Source: an uncultured Pelagibacteraceae bacterium (lineage in GTDB: Bacteria; Pseudomonadota; Alphaproteobacteria; Pelagibacterales; Pelagibacteraceae). Taken from it: 64,000 bases of DNA. A program made the position numbers and the translations under genes. Numbering within the stretch: the first letter of the stretch is position 1; the number at the start of each line of letters is the position of its first letter. Shown here piece by piece: positions 51,350 through 61,500 of this stretch. The notes below the pieces were generated by a model. That model made no database searches and was not told the DNA's origin. It saw only the letters and a program-made list of their open reading frames with translations. The stretch is taken from NCBI GenBank assembly GCA_902623215.1, contig CACNSS010000003.1:51331-115330 (forward strand). Direction: 5' to 3'.

Positions 51350-53082
51350 TACATTTTTTCTGGTGTTGAAACACCAATAATATTCATGCCTGATTTAATT
51401 ACATTGGAAATAACTTTAATAAAAATCAATTTGTCATTATCGATTTTTTTTTGTTCATTTATAAATCGTTTATCTGGATTATCTTTTCCTAAATTCCAAT
51501 AAGAATGAAATAATGATGATAAGTCATAAAGATAAACAGCTACTCTATGTGGCTCCAATCTATTACATGATATATCTATACATTTTGGCCATTCAGCTAT
51601 CTTTTTTAAAATTTGAATTTCATCATTTGAATATCTAAAATCATAACTATCAATATCTAATTCAGAACTTAAATCTTTATTTAAATGTCTAAATACAGAA
51701 GCTATTCTTGCATAAGCATATTGTACATAATACAGAGGATTTTCTTTTGACTTCTCCACTACATTGTCAAAATCAAAATCTAATTCTACATCACTACTTC
51801 TATTTAGCATTATAAATCTAGTAGCATCTTTGCCAACTTCATCTATTAGGTCATCTACAGTAATATAATCACCTTTTCTTTTTGACATTTTAAAAGGTTT
51901 TTTATCTTTAATAAGTTTTACGAGTTGGCTTACTTTACATATTAATTTGATTTTGGAATTAGATAACGCATCAACAGACGATGAAATTCTTTTTATATAC
52001 CCAGCGTGATCAGCACCTAAAATATTTATTAAACAATCAAACTTTCTGTCTAATTTATTTTTATGATAAGCTACATCACTTGCAAAATAAGTCCATGAAC
52101 CATCACTTTTTTGTAATGCTCTATCTTTATCATCACCAAAATCAGTTGATTTAAAAAGAAGTTGCTCTCTCTCCTCCCAATTATTTTTATCCTCTCCGAT
52201 TGGTGCTTTAATCTTCCCTTTATAAACAAAATTATTTTTTTTAAGTGTTTGAACGACTTTTTCTACTTCTTTATTAGAAACTAATTCTTTTTCACTGACA
52301 AAACTATCATGATTAATTCCAAGACTATTAAGATTTTTTTTAATTAGATTTAATGCCTCTGCAATTGATAGAATAGTTAAATTTTCAGAAATACTCTCAA
52401 AATTTTCAAAGTTTAGATCTTTATTTGATTTTATAATATTTTGAGCAAAATCTTTTATATAATCACCTGGATATAAATTTTCATCATTAGACGGGAAGTT
52501 CTCCTTAAATTTTATCTCTCTAATTCTAAAATAAACTGATTTTGTAAAATCAATTATTTGATTACCATAATCATTTACATAGTATTCTTTTGTTACCTTA
52601 TGATTGTTGTACTGTAACAAATTTGCCGTTACATCGCCTAAAATAGCACCTCGACAATGACCTACGTGTAATGGTCCAGTTGGATTGGCAGATACAAATT
52701 CTATCAAATAATTTATTTTTTTTTCTTTTTTATTTACTCCAAAACTTTTGTAATTTTCGATGACGTCTTTTATAAAATCTGTCCAAAATATTGGTTTAAA
52801 CTTAATATTAATAAAACCAGGCTTTTCAATTGATATCCTTTCAATTTGCTTATCATTATCACTTAAAATTGGAGATAAAATTTCAGCAATATCATTGGGC
52901 GTCTTTTTATTAATCTTTGCTAAGAACATTGCTACATTAGTTGAAATATCACTATCAAACTTAACTGGTGGAATTTCAGCGGTAATTCCTTCCAAATTCT
53001 GAGGCAAAATAATCTTATTTTGTTTAGACAAATCGTTAAGTATGTCTTTTATTTTAATCAGATATAGATCAAAAATATTCAT
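51349..53082 (-). CDS. argS: Arginine--tRNA ligase
   Basis: EFVSANPTGPLHVGH, GADH.GY, KMSKRKG, YVQYA.AR. Confidence 0.98.
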   Translation of the reverse strand: MNIFDLYLIKIKDILNDLSKQNKIILPQNLEGITAEIPPVKFDSDISTNVAMFLAKINKKTPNDIAEILSPILSDNDKQIERISIEKPGFINIKFKPIFWTDFIKDVIENYKSFGVNKKEKKINYLIEFVSANPTGPLHVGHCRGAILGDVTANLLQYNNHKVTKEYYVNDYGNQIIDFTKSVYFRIREIKFKENFPSNDENLYPGDYIKDFAQNIIKSNKDLNFENFESISENLTILSIAEALNLIKKNLNSLGINHDSFVSEKELVSNKEVEKVVQTLKKNNFVYKGKIKAPIGEDKNNWEEREQLLFKSTDFGDDKDRALQKSDGSWTYFASDVAYHKNKLDRKFDCLINILGADHAGYIKRISSSVDALSNSKIKLICKVSQLVKLIKDKKPFKMSKRKGDYITVDDLIDEVGKDATRFIMLNRSSDVELDFDFDNVVEKSKENPLYYVQYAYARIASVFRHLNKDLSSELDIDSYDFRYSNDEIQILKKIAEWPKCIDISCNRLEPHRVAVYLYDLSSLFHSYWNLGKDNPDKRFINEQKKIDNDKLIFIKVISNVIKSGMNIIGVSTPEKM

Positions 53083-54197
53083 TTTAAATCTTTATATAAA
53101 TTAATAGCATATCTATCAGTCATCCCAGATATAAAATCAGAAATTGCTCTAAACTTATCAACAGTGAGCTCTTTTCTTGAAATAAATTTTTTTGGATTTT
53201 TTGTAATCATTTCAAAAAGTTTTTTGATAATATATTTTCCTCTATTATTTTTTTTCAAGACATTTTTGTTATTGTACATTTTTGATTTTAGGAAAAATCT
53301 AATCTCATAATCCGAATTCTTTATTTTGTCAGAAAAATCTACAGTTAGATCTTTTGTTTTTTTTATATCTTTAGATTCTTTAATTCTATTTTTTTTTAAA
53401 TTTTTTAAGGTATTAGATATTAAGTCTTTTATCATTATATCAATTGAATCTCTTATGATCTGATATACTGCGATATCATAGTTATATCTATTTATTTTTC
53501 TTTTATATTTTTTATAAATGTTTTTAAAAAAATCTATTTCAACTAACTCCTCAATTGAAAATAAATTAGCCTTAAGTCCATCTTGTATGTCATGATTATT
53601 ATAAGCAATATCGTCTGAAATAGCTGCAATTTGAGCTTCTAATGGTGGATATGTTTTAAAATTAATTAAATTCTTAAATTTTTTTGTGCCTATTAAATCA
53701 TTTACTAAATTTAAGTCTACCACTGGCCCATTGTGTTTTAAAAGGCCCTCCAAGGTCTCAATTGATAAATTTAGACCATTATATTTCATATATTTATTTT
53801 CTAAGAACATCACAATTCTCAATGTTTGCAAATTATGATCAAACCCACCGTGATCAGCCATGCAATCATTCAAAGATTCCTCGCCTGCATGGCCAAACGG
53901 AGTGTGGCCTAAGTCGTGCGCCAAGCTCAAGGTCTCTGTTAGGTCCTCATTTAAATTGAAATAACGTGCTATAGACCGTGCAATTTGAGATACTTCCATT
54001 GAATGAGTTATACGAGTTCGATAATGATCACCCTCTGTATTTACAAACACTTGGGTCTTATGTTTTAATCTTCTAAACGAAGCGCTATGTATAATTCGAT
54101 CTCGATCTCTTTGAAATGGAGATCTGTATTTTGAGGGTGTTTCGTAAAATATTCTACCCTTACTTTTGAATAACCCTAGCTTTGAGTAATTTTTCAT
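53079..54197 (-). CDS. dgt: dGTP triphosphohydrolase (HD family)
   Basis: FQRDRDRIIHS..FRRL..KTQV, RTR.THS.EV, HDLGHTPFGH.GE, DDIAY. Confidence 0.95.
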   Translation of the reverse strand: MKNYSKLGLFKSKGRIFYETPSKYRSPFQRDRDRIIHSASFRRLKHKTQVFVNTEGDHYRTRITHSMEVSQIARSIARYFNLNEDLTETLSLAHDLGHTPFGHAGEESLNDCMADHGGFDHNLQTLRIVMFLENKYMKYNGLNLSIETLEGLLKHNGPVVDLNLVNDLIGTKKFKNLINFKTYPPLEAQIAAISDDIAYNNHDIQDGLKANLFSIEELVEIDFFKNIYKKYKRKINRYNYDIAVYQIIRDSIDIMIKDLISNTLKNLKKNRIKESKDIKKTKDLTVDFSDKIKNSDYEIRFFLKSKMYNNKNVLKKNNRGKYIIKKLFEMITKNPKKFISRKELTVDKFRAISDFISGMTDRYAINLYKDLK

Positions 54198-54247
54198 CCT
54201 TTAAAATATAAATTTTAGTATTATATTACTAATATCAGTGATCAATT

Positions 54248-54565
54248 ATGATTAAAGAAATTAAATTTACCGATAAAGCACTAAAACAGATCAATGTTCT
54301 TTTATCTAAAAAAGATAAAGGCTCTTTTTTTAGAATCGCTATCAAAGGTGGTGGTTGCTCGGGTTTTCAATACGAATTTACTTTTGACAAAGAAAAAAAT
54401 GATGACGATTTAAATTATCAAAATATTTTAATTGATAAAACTTCAGCAGATTTACTCAAAGGATCTGAGGTTGATTATGTCTCTGAATTAATTGGTGAGC
54501 AATTTAAGATTAATAATCCACAAACTAAATCATCTTGTGGTTGTGGTGTCTCCTTTTCACTTTAA
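54248..54565 (+). CDS. erpA: Fe-S cluster insertion protein (ErpA/IscA/HesB family)
   Basis: GGGCSGFQY, NP....CGCG.SF. Confidence 0.9.
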   Translation: MIKEIKFTDKALKQINVLLSKKDKGSFFRIAIKGGGCSGFQYEFTFDKEKNDDDLNYQNILIDKTSADLLKGSEVDYVSELIGEQFKINNPQTKSSCGCGVSFSL

Positions 54566-55341
54566 TGATAATCTCATCATGGAATGTAAATTCTGTTAGA
54601 GCTAGAATTGAAAATATAAAAAGTTATCTGCTAAAATATAAGCCTGACATCTTAATGATGCAGGAAATCAAAACAGAGGACTTAAATTTTCCTTATGATG
54701 ATTTTTCATCTATGGATTATGAAAGCCATGTATTTGGTCAAAAAAGTTACAATGGCGTAGCAATTATTTCTAAAGGGAAATTAAAAAATATCAGAAAAGA
54801 CCTAATAAAAGATAAACTAAAACAATCAAGAATAATTTCTGCTGAAATGGAATATAAGAAAAAAAATATCCAATTAATCAATATTTACACTCCTAATGGT
54901 AATCCAGTCGACACTGAAAAGTATGATTATAAAAAAAAATGGCTCGATGACTTAATTAAGGAATTAAAAAATTTAAGTAAAAAAAATCAAAATATTATTC
55001 TGGCTGGGGATTTTAATATAATACCATCAGCGGAAGATGTATATAATCCAAAAAGTTTTGAAGATGATGCCTTGTTTAGATTGGAAATTAGAAAAAAATT
55101 GAGAGAAATGATTAATCTAGGTTTTAATGATGTCTATAGACATTTTTATGATACCAAAGAAGGTTATACTTTTTGGGATTATATGAGAGGTGCTTGGCAA
55201 AAAAATAACGGAATGAGAATAGACCATTTTTTAATCTCAAATTCTCTAATAGATAATATTAAAAGTATCAATATTAATAAAGACCCTAGAGGACGAGAAA
55301 AGCCATCAGACCACACTCCTATAGAAATAACTTTAGCTTAA
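54565..55341 (+). CDS. xth: Exodeoxyribonuclease III
   Basis: SWNVNS, QE.K, GQKSYNGVA, GDFN, RIDH, SDH.P; start moved to ATG 54565. Confidence 0.96.
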   Translation: MIISSWNVNSVRARIENIKSYLLKYKPDILMMQEIKTEDLNFPYDDFSSMDYESHVFGQKSYNGVAIISKGKLKNIRKDLIKDKLKQSRIISAEMEYKKKNIQLINIYTPNGNPVDTEKYDYKKKWLDDLIKELKNLSKKNQNIILAGDFNIIPSAEDVYNPKSFEDDALFRLEIRKKLREMINLGFNDVYRHFYDTKEGYTFWDYMRGAWQKNNGMRIDHFLISNSLIDNIKSININKDPRGREKPSDHTPIEITLA

Positions 55342-55401
55342 AGACTTTGTCTTACTTACTAGGTTGTCATTTATATTTTGGGATCTTTATTTAATTTATT
55401 T

Positions 55402-55665
55402 CTAATGTTCATGATTATGCTCTTCATTTAAATTCTTTATATCTATCTCTCGAATATCAATAATCGGTTTTGCTATCCGCCAATTTCTTACTCTTCCACC
55501 CTCTGCTCTCTCGGTTATTATGGTTTCTATAGGCGGGCAATTAGGTTCATGGCAACTTAACTCAGCCATACTTAAAATAGATGTTTCAGGTATTTGATAT
55601 CTTTTCGAAAATAGAACTTTTAAATTTCTAATAGTTTCCGCATTTGGTTTTTTTTTATTGAACAT
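55402..55665 (-). CDS. Small hypothetical Cys/His protein
   Basis: ELSCHEPNCPPIET motif and C-terminal HNHEH; last gene of the znuA-side operon. Confidence 0.75.
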   Translation of the reverse strand: MFNKKKPNAETIRNLKVLFSKRYQIPETSILSMAELSCHEPNCPPIETIITERAEGGRVRNWRIAKPIIDIREIDIKNLNEEHNHEH

Positions 55666-55668
55666 AAG

Positions 55669-56712
55669 TTAATTTTTTTCCTCATCCCAAATCGATGTCC
55701 ATAAAATATTTCCTCCCATATCTCCTATTAAAAGATGTGAGCAATCATCAGTGACCGCAATGGCAGAAACTTCAAATTCAGTAAAACTTCGAATAATTAT
55801 TGTATTATTTGCTTTTTCAATTTCTGATAAATAAACTGAGCCATCACTTAGTCCAGTTAAAATTGCATTTTCATTAGGAAATGATTCAACAAATGTGACT
55901 AATTGTTTTCCTACATACGGAAGACAAATTGGTTCACGACCTACTGGTCCATCGCCGTCAAATGGCCAACATACAGCATCATTCGCACCAGATGTTGCTA
56001 AATATTTTGAGTCACCTACAAAGGCGAAACTTTTAACTTTTGCACCATATCCTGACATTGCAGAGTCAATCTTGTCTTTTAATCGCCAAAAATGAAGTTG
56101 GTTTTCCTGCATGGACGTCACCAAGTATCTGTCGTCAGGACTAAAAATGACTTTATTATGAGAACCTTTCCAAATTAAATCAGAAGAAGTCCATTTGTTG
56201 CTATAATCTTTTTTCCAAAGAGTAACTCCACCATATCTAGAAACTGCTAATTTTCTACCTTTAGAGTCGAACGCTACACCACCAATAGTGCTGTCATGCT
56301 CTAACAGTTTTGGTTCTTTTTTATTTGGCATCCAGAGATATACAATATTTCCAGATGTGCAAACCACGCTGCCATTTTTTGATGTAACATGATCTACCCA
56401 ACGAGTACCAAAGTTACTAATCTCATTTATATTTCCATCTAGAGAAATTCTTAAAAAACGACCATCATCTCCACCAGTTAAAATATGATCTCCATCTTTT
56501 GCCATACAAAGAACAATACCTTTATGTGCTTTTATCGGTTCAGAGCTTTTTCCAGACGAGAAAATTCTAACAGTTCCATCTCCAAATCCAACAGCTATAG
56601 AATTGCCAACTGTAACAGCATTAATGACGGGAATTCCTAGTCTAAACTCTTTTCCTCGGTTTTCAAATTTGGTTTTATTTAACTGTGGAAAATTATTTAG
56701 ATCAGCTTTCAT
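55669..56712 (-). CDS. WD40-repeat beta-propeller protein
   Basis: Repeated GD G.V, H..., F..D...L..S, W blades; overlaps the COG0523 gene by 4 nt. Confidence 0.85.
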   Translation of the reverse strand: MKADLNNFPQLNKTKFENRGKEFRLGIPVINAVTVGNSIAVGFGDGTVRIFSSGKSSEPIKAHKGIVLCMAKDGDHILTGGDDGRFLRISLDGNINEISNFGTRWVDHVTSKNGSVVCTSGNIVYLWMPNKKEPKLLEHDSTIGGVAFDSKGRKLAVSRYGGVTLWKKDYSNKWTSSDLIWKGSHNKVIFSPDDRYLVTSMQENQLHFWRLKDKIDSAMSGYGAKVKSFAFVGDSKYLATSGANDAVCWPFDGDGPVGREPICLPYVGKQLVTFVESFPNENAILTGLSDGSVYLSEIEKANNTIIIRSFTEFEVSAIAVTDDCSHLLIGDMGGNILWTSIWDEEKN

Positions 56713-57683
56713 GCCGATTTGCAGTTTTCAAATCCTTCCTTCAAATTCATAGTTTCAAGATTTCGGCCAATAAAAACTAATCGAGAAGTACGTTCTTTTC
56801 CTTTTGGCCATTTACCCATTGGTGAAGCATCCATGAGCATATGCACACCTTGAAATACATATCGATCACTTTCTCCAGTAAAGTCAAGAATTCCTTTTGT
56901 TCTTAAGATATCTTGACCCTTGGTTTGTAATAATTTGGTAAACCAATCTTGAAATTTCTCCATATCTAAAGGAGTATCAGAAACAAAGGATAAGCTAGTT
57001 ACATCGTCATCATGCTCATGATCATGATCTGATGTAAGAAAATCAGGCTCTACTTCTAAAACACGTTTTAAACTAAATGCATCAAGATTAAGAACTTCGT
57101 TCAAAGGAACTCCACATTTAGTGGTATTAATAATTTTAGCAAAGGGATTAATTTTTTTAATTCTCTGTTTTACAACTTCTAATCCATTTTCATCGACTAG
57201 ATCTATTTTATTTAGTAATACAACGTCTGCGAAAGCAATTTGTTCTTCTGCTTCGTGATGATCGGTTAATTGAGAACTTAAATGAACAGCATCTGCAACC
57301 GTAACAATTGCATCTAACTTTGTGCGATCAGCAACATCTTGGTCAACAAAAAATGTTTGAGCTACAGGAGCTGGATCAGCTAACCCAGTAGTTTCTACTA
57401 TTATTGCATCAAGTTTGTCCGCCCGCTTCATTAGTCCACTTAATATTCGGATTAAATCACCTCTAACGGTGCAACATATACAACCATTATTCATCTCAAA
57501 AACCTCTTCATCAGCATCAACTACCAAGTCATTGTCAATACCTTGTTCACCAAATTCATTAACTATTACAGCATATTTTTTACCATGCTGTTCAGTTAAT
57601 ATTCTATTTAAAAGAGTAGTTTTTCCGGCACCTAAAAAACCGGTTAAGACAGTAACAGGAACTTGTTTGTTTGTTTCTTGCAC
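56709..57683 (-). CDS. COG0523/CobW-family GTPase metallochaperone
   Basis: GFLGAGKTT, NEFGE, GCICC, ETTGLA.P, NKID, His/Asp linker, R.KG...QGV...LVFIG. Confidence 0.95.
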   Translation of the reverse strand: MQETNKQVPVTVLTGFLGAGKTTLLNRILTEQHGKKYAVIVNEFGEQGIDNDLVVDADEEVFEMNNGCICCTVRGDLIRILSGLMKRADKLDAIIVETTGLADPAPVAQTFFVDQDVADRTKLDAIVTVADAVHLSSQLTDHHEAEEQIAFADVVLLNKIDLVDENGLEVVKQRIKKINPFAKIINTTKCGVPLNEVLNLDAFSLKRVLEVEPDFLTSDHDHEHDDDVTSLSFVSDTPLDMEKFQDWFTKLLQTKGQDILRTKGILDFTGESDRYVFQGVHMLMDASPMGKWPKGKERTSRLVFIGRNLETMNLKEGFENCKSA

Positions 57684-57691
57684 TAATTAAA

Positions 57692-58750
57692 TTAACAACC
57701 CTTAAAAGAATTAGACATATTTTTAATTAAATCAAAATACAAGTTTTTTCCTGGATCTAATGTTGCACCTAATGGATCTATAACCCCTGTTGCAACATTT
57801 GTATCTCTTGCAACAGCCTTAATAATGTCAGGATTAAATTGCGGTTCTGAAAAAATACAGCTTACTTTATCATGCTCAATTACTTCTCTTATTTCAGCTA
57901 ATTGTTCAGCACCTGGCATAACATCAGTGTTCACTGTAAATGCCCCAAGAATATTTATCCCAAATCTTTCTTCAAAATATTGATATGCATCATGGAAGAC
58001 TATTGATTTAAAATCTTTATTTAATTCAGATTTTACTTTTTTAGTTAGATTATCTAAATCTTTATGAGCGTTTTTTAAATTTGCTTTATATTTTGCCTCA
58101 TTTTTTTGATCATTTTCAATTAAGTGTTCTGCCATTTCACTTAAAATTATTTTTGCATTCATCGGATCAAGCCATATGTGTGGATCAAACTCTCCGTGAG
58201 CATGTCCCTCGTGTCCATGGTCATCGTGATCATCTTTTTTATGACCTTTTTTATCATGATCGTGTTCATCATGACCATGTTCCTTCTCTTTTTTATCATG
58301 GTCGTGATCATCATGATCATCTTCTTTCTTAGCATGATCGTCATGATCATCTTCCTTATGCCCATGATCGTCATGACCTTCAAAAATATTTCTTTCTCTA
58401 AATTTAAGTTTAGTTAAACCTTTAATTTCCATTAATTCGATTTTTTCAGCATCTTTTGCAATTGTTTTTAATGGTTTCTCTAAAAAGGTTTCGATATCCT
58501 CACCTACCCAAAATATAATATCAGCATTTTGTAACATTTTTGCGTGTGATGGCTTAAGTGCAAATCCATGTGGGGAAGCATAACCATCAACAATTAAATC
58601 TGGTTTACCAACACCATCCATTAGATAACTTGCAAGCGAATGGATTGGTTTTATTGCTGCAACTACTTTAATCTCAGCGTTCGCTGGTGCAAATATTGTT
58701 AAGAATGATAATAGTGATAGGATTAATGGTAATTTTTTTAAGTTTTTCAT
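57692..58750 (-). CDS. znuA: Zinc ABC transporter periplasmic protein
   Basis: SPHG..LKPS, long His/Asp loop, DPHIWLDP, HDAY.YFE, EPQF; start moved to ATG 58750. Confidence 0.95.
   Translation of the reverse strand: MKNLKKLPLILSLLSFLTIFAPANAEIKVVAAIKPIHSLASYLMDGVGKPDLIVDGYASPHGFALKPSHAKMLQNADIIFWVGEDIETFLEKPLKTIAKDAEKIELMEIKGLTKLKFRERNIFEGHDDHGHKEDDHDDHAKKEDDHDDHDHDKKEKEHGHDEHDHDKKGHKKDDHDDHGHEGHAHGEFDPHIWLDPMNAKIILSEMAEHLIENDQKNEAKYKANLKNAHKDLDNLTKKVKSELNKDFKSIVFHDAYQYFEERFGINILGAFTVNTDVMPGAEQLAEIREVIEHDKVSCIFSEPQFNPDIIKAVARDTNVATGVIDPLGATLDPGKNLYFDLIKNMSNSFKGC
58199..58378 (-). repeat. Degenerate tandem repeats encoding the ZnuA His/Asp loop
   Basis: KEDDHDDH/KKDDHDDH three times and HDHDKK twice; recurrent TCATGATC at DNA level. 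Confidence 0.8.
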
Positions 58751-58767
58751 ATGTTGTATATTTAAAT

Positions 58768-58800
58768 TGTTATAATATAACACCATGTAATAATATAACA
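58768..58800. promoter_or_regulatory. Tandem Zur boxes
   Basis: Perfect 7-1-7 palindrome TGTTATA-A-TATAACA (58768-58782) and 1-mismatch copy TGTAATAATATAACA (58786-58800) between divergent znuA and znuC. Confidence 0.88.
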
Positions 58801-58820
58801 CTTATTAGTCAAGAAAAAAA

Positions 58821-59567
58821 ATGAGCACTGATCAAAATATATTGGTAAAATTAAACGATGCTGGTTTACAGTTGAATAACAAATGGCTAGTCAAAGGTGT
58901 TTCACTACAAGTTGAAAAAGGAAAAATAGTTACTCTTATAGGTCCAAATGGATCAGGAAAAAGCACAACAGCTAAAATTGCTTTAGGTATTTACAAAAAG
59001 ATTGGTGGTTCAGTTGAAAAATACACGAATAAAGTTGGATATGTCCCACAGAAAATTTCAATTGATTGGACGTTACCGCTAAGAGTCAATGACTTCATGA
59101 TGTTAACAGAAAGTCTTAATAAAGATACAATAGATGAAGCTCTATCTTTAACTGGAGTAATTCATCTTAAAGATAAAAATTTAGGAGATCTATCAGGTGG
59201 TGAATTTCAAAGAGTGCTACTTGCTAGAGCCATATCAAAAAAACCTGATCTATTAGTACTTGATGAACCAGTGCAGGGAGTAGATTTTACTGGTGAAATA
59301 GCTTTATACGAATTAATTAAAAAAATTTCTGATGAATTAAGTTGTGGGATCTTATTAATTTCACACGACTTACATACAGTCATGAGTGCAACAGACCATG
59401 TTGTTTGTTTAAATGGCCATGTTTGTTGTTCAGGATCTCCAATGGATGTTGCAAAAAACAATGAATATAAAGCTTTATTTGGAGAGCAGGCTTCTCAAAT
59501 ATTGAGTAGATATCAGCATAAGCACGACCATATTCATACAGATGAAGGTGAAATTAAAAAAAATTAG
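58821..59567 (+). CDS. znuC: Zinc ABC transporter ATPase
   Basis: GPNGSGKST, GYVPQK, LSGGE.QR, LDEPVQGVD, SHDL, CC.G.P, His tail. Confidence 0.95.
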   Translation: MSTDQNILVKLNDAGLQLNNKWLVKGVSLQVEKGKIVTLIGPNGSGKSTTAKIALGIYKKIGGSVEKYTNKVGYVPQKISIDWTLPLRVNDFMMLTESLNKDTIDEALSLTGVIHLKDKNLGDLSGGEFQRVLLARAISKKPDLLVLDEPVQGVDFTGEIALYELIKKISDELSCGILLISHDLHTVMSATDHVVCLNGHVCCSGSPMDVAKNNEYKALFGEQASQILSRYQHKHDHIHTDEGEIKKN

Positions 59568-60371
59568 ATGTTTGATGATTTTTTTATAAGAGCTTTGGTA
59601 GCTGGAATTGGGGTTGCTTTTGTAACAGGACCTCTTGGTTGCTTTGTTATATGGAGAAGATTATCTTATTTTGGTGACACCTTGGCTCACTCTGCTCTAT
59701 TGGGAGTGACATTAGCTTTTACTATGGAATTTAATATTGCTATTTCAGTATTTGTTATTTCTTCCATATTAGCTTTAATTTTAATTCAACTTCAAAAAAA
59801 AACTAACTTACCAGGTGATGCTTTGTTGGGTCTTCTAGCTCATTCATCTCTAGCAGTTGGACTTGTTGTGGTTGGTTTTTTAACATTCATTAGATTTGAT
59901 ATTATGGGATTGCTATTTGGGGATATTTTAGCAGTTTCAGTTAATGATTTGTTGATCATATGGATTGGAGGGGCATTTATCTTATTAACTCTGAAATTTA
60001 TTTGGAAACCTTTATTCGCTTCAACAGTAAATTATGAACTAGCAGAAGCAGAAGGATTAAATCCGGATAGAGCTAAAGCTATATTTACAATTTTAATGGC
60101 AGCAATCATCGCTATTTCAATTAAAATTGTTGGATTACTATTAATTACTGGAATGCTGATTATCCCTGCTGCAATGGCTAGAAATTTATCATCAAGTCCA
60201 CAAAGTATGGTTATCTATTCAATTATAGGAGGATTGTTATCTGTAATTATAGGATTGTTCACATCTTTAGAGTTTAATACATCTTCGGGTCCATCAATTA
60301 TAACAGCAGCTTTATTATTGTTCATACTTTCATTATTTAAAATAAAACAAACGATTAAATTGAAAAATTAA
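59568..60371 (+). CDS. znuB: Zinc ABC transporter permease
   Basis: GPLGCFVIWRR.SYFGDTLAH, LFGDILAV, IPAA.AR. Confidence 0.95.
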   Translation: MFDDFFIRALVAGIGVAFVTGPLGCFVIWRRLSYFGDTLAHSALLGVTLAFTMEFNIAISVFVISSILALILIQLQKKTNLPGDALLGLLAHSSLAVGLVVVGFLTFIRFDIMGLLFGDILAVSVNDLLIIWIGGAFILLTLKFIWKPLFASTVNYELAEAEGLNPDRAKAIFTILMAAIIAISIKIVGLLLITGMLIIPAAMARNLSSSPQSMVIYSIIGGLLSVIIGLFTSLEFNTSSGPSIITAALLLFILSLFKIKQTIKLKN

Positions 60372-60386
60372 TGAGGAATCTGTAAA

Positions 60387-60788
60387 ATGAAAATTATGCA
60401 TAAAGAACATACTCTCACAAAAAATCAGCAAATTATTTTTGATTTAATTAATAAATCTCCTGAACCAATGAAAGCTTATTCAATCCTTTTTAATGTTCAA
60501 AAAAAAGGCATTAAAGCACCCCCGCAAGTTTATCGAGCGTTAGATAAGCTAGTTGAAATAGGAAAAATTCACAAAATCGAAAGTAGAAATGCCTTTATTG
60601 CATGTCACAATTCTAGCTGTCAGGTGGCTAACGCTACTGCTTTTTCTATCTGTGAAATTTGTGAAAAAGTAACAGAAATAAGTAGTGTGGGTCTCTCTAA
60701 ATACTTAGCTAACTTCAAAGACAAAGATGGTATGAAATACAGTAAATACAATCTTGAGTTTTTTGGATTATGTAAAAAGTGTAGATAA
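60387..60788 (+). CDS. zur: Zinc uptake regulator (Fur family)
   Basis: AY.IL....APPQVYRAL..L...G.IHKIES.NAF.AC; two CxxC; follows znuCB. Confidence 0.92.
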   Translation: MKIMHKEHTLTKNQQIIFDLINKSPEPMKAYSILFNVQKKGIKAPPQVYRALDKLVEIGKIHKIESRNAFIACHNSSCQVANATAFSICEICEKVTEISSVGLSKYLANFKDKDGMKYSKYNLEFFGLCKKCR

Positions 60789-60846
60789 TCCTTTATTTTA
60801 ATAAATTCTTAACATAACTGAAATAATAATAACGAAAGGAAATTTT

Positions 60847-61068
60847 ATGTTTATAAAAAAATATCTAAAGTGGATCAGTACGTTTCTAGTTTTAGTGGGA
60901 ATACTTCTTACAAATTTAAATATATATCCATTAAATATATATTTTCATGGATTGGGAGTTGTTGGATGGACCATTGCTGGATTTATTAGCAAAGATAAAG
61001 CAATCTTAACAAACTTTGGATTACAAATTCCATTGTTTGTAATTGGTATTTATAAAGTTATTTTTTAA
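60847..61068 (+). CDS. Small hypothetical membrane protein (3 TM)
   Basis: SD-like AAAGGA upstream; KW.ST...NIYPLN...GW...DKA; abuts arsC. Confidence 0.75.
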   Translation: MFIKKYLKWISTFLVLVGILLTNLNIYPLNIYFHGLGVVGWTIAGFISKDKAILTNFGLQIPLFVIGIYKVIF

Positions 61069-61500
61069 ATGAAGAATATATTGTTCGTATGCACAGGTAA
61101 TTCAGCAAGAAGTATTATTGCTGAAAGTATAATAAATAACGAGTATGACGATTTGTATAAAGGTTTTAGTGCTGGGAGTAATCCAACAGGAAAAATTAAT
61201 GAAGATGTGAAGAATTATTTATTATCAAAACATTATGATCTTTCAAATTATAGATCTAAAAATTTTAATGAGTTTATTAATGATCAAATTAAAATGGATT
61301 ATGTGATTACAGTTTGTAATAATGCCAATAACGAAGTCTGTCCTATTTGGCCAAATAAAAATCAGATAATTCATTGGAATATAGAGGATCCTGTTAAATT
61401 ACTTAATGAAACAAACGACTTAAATAAAAAAGATGAAATAATAGAAAAAGTTTACAATAATATTCATAAAAGAATAAAGGAACTATTTTATGAAAAATAA
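61069..61500 (+). CDS. arsC: Arsenate reductase, thioredoxin/LMW-PTP fold
   Basis: LFVCTGNSARS P-loop, SAGS.P.G, DYVITVC...EVCP.WP, HW...DP. Confidence 0.88.
   Translation: MKNILFVCTGNSARSIIAESIINNEYDDLYKGFSAGSNPTGKINEDVKNYLLSKHYDLSNYRSKNFNEFINDQIKMDYVITVCNNANNEVCPIWPNKNQIIHWNIEDPVKLLNETNDLNKKDEIIEKVYNNIHKRIKELFYEK

Noticed and set aside
58081-58417. Alternative-frame Met/Ile-rich ORFs and a possible CRISPR-like array in znuA
   Set aside because: Shadows of the His/Asp codon repeats; no constant repeat with unique spacers and no cas genes.
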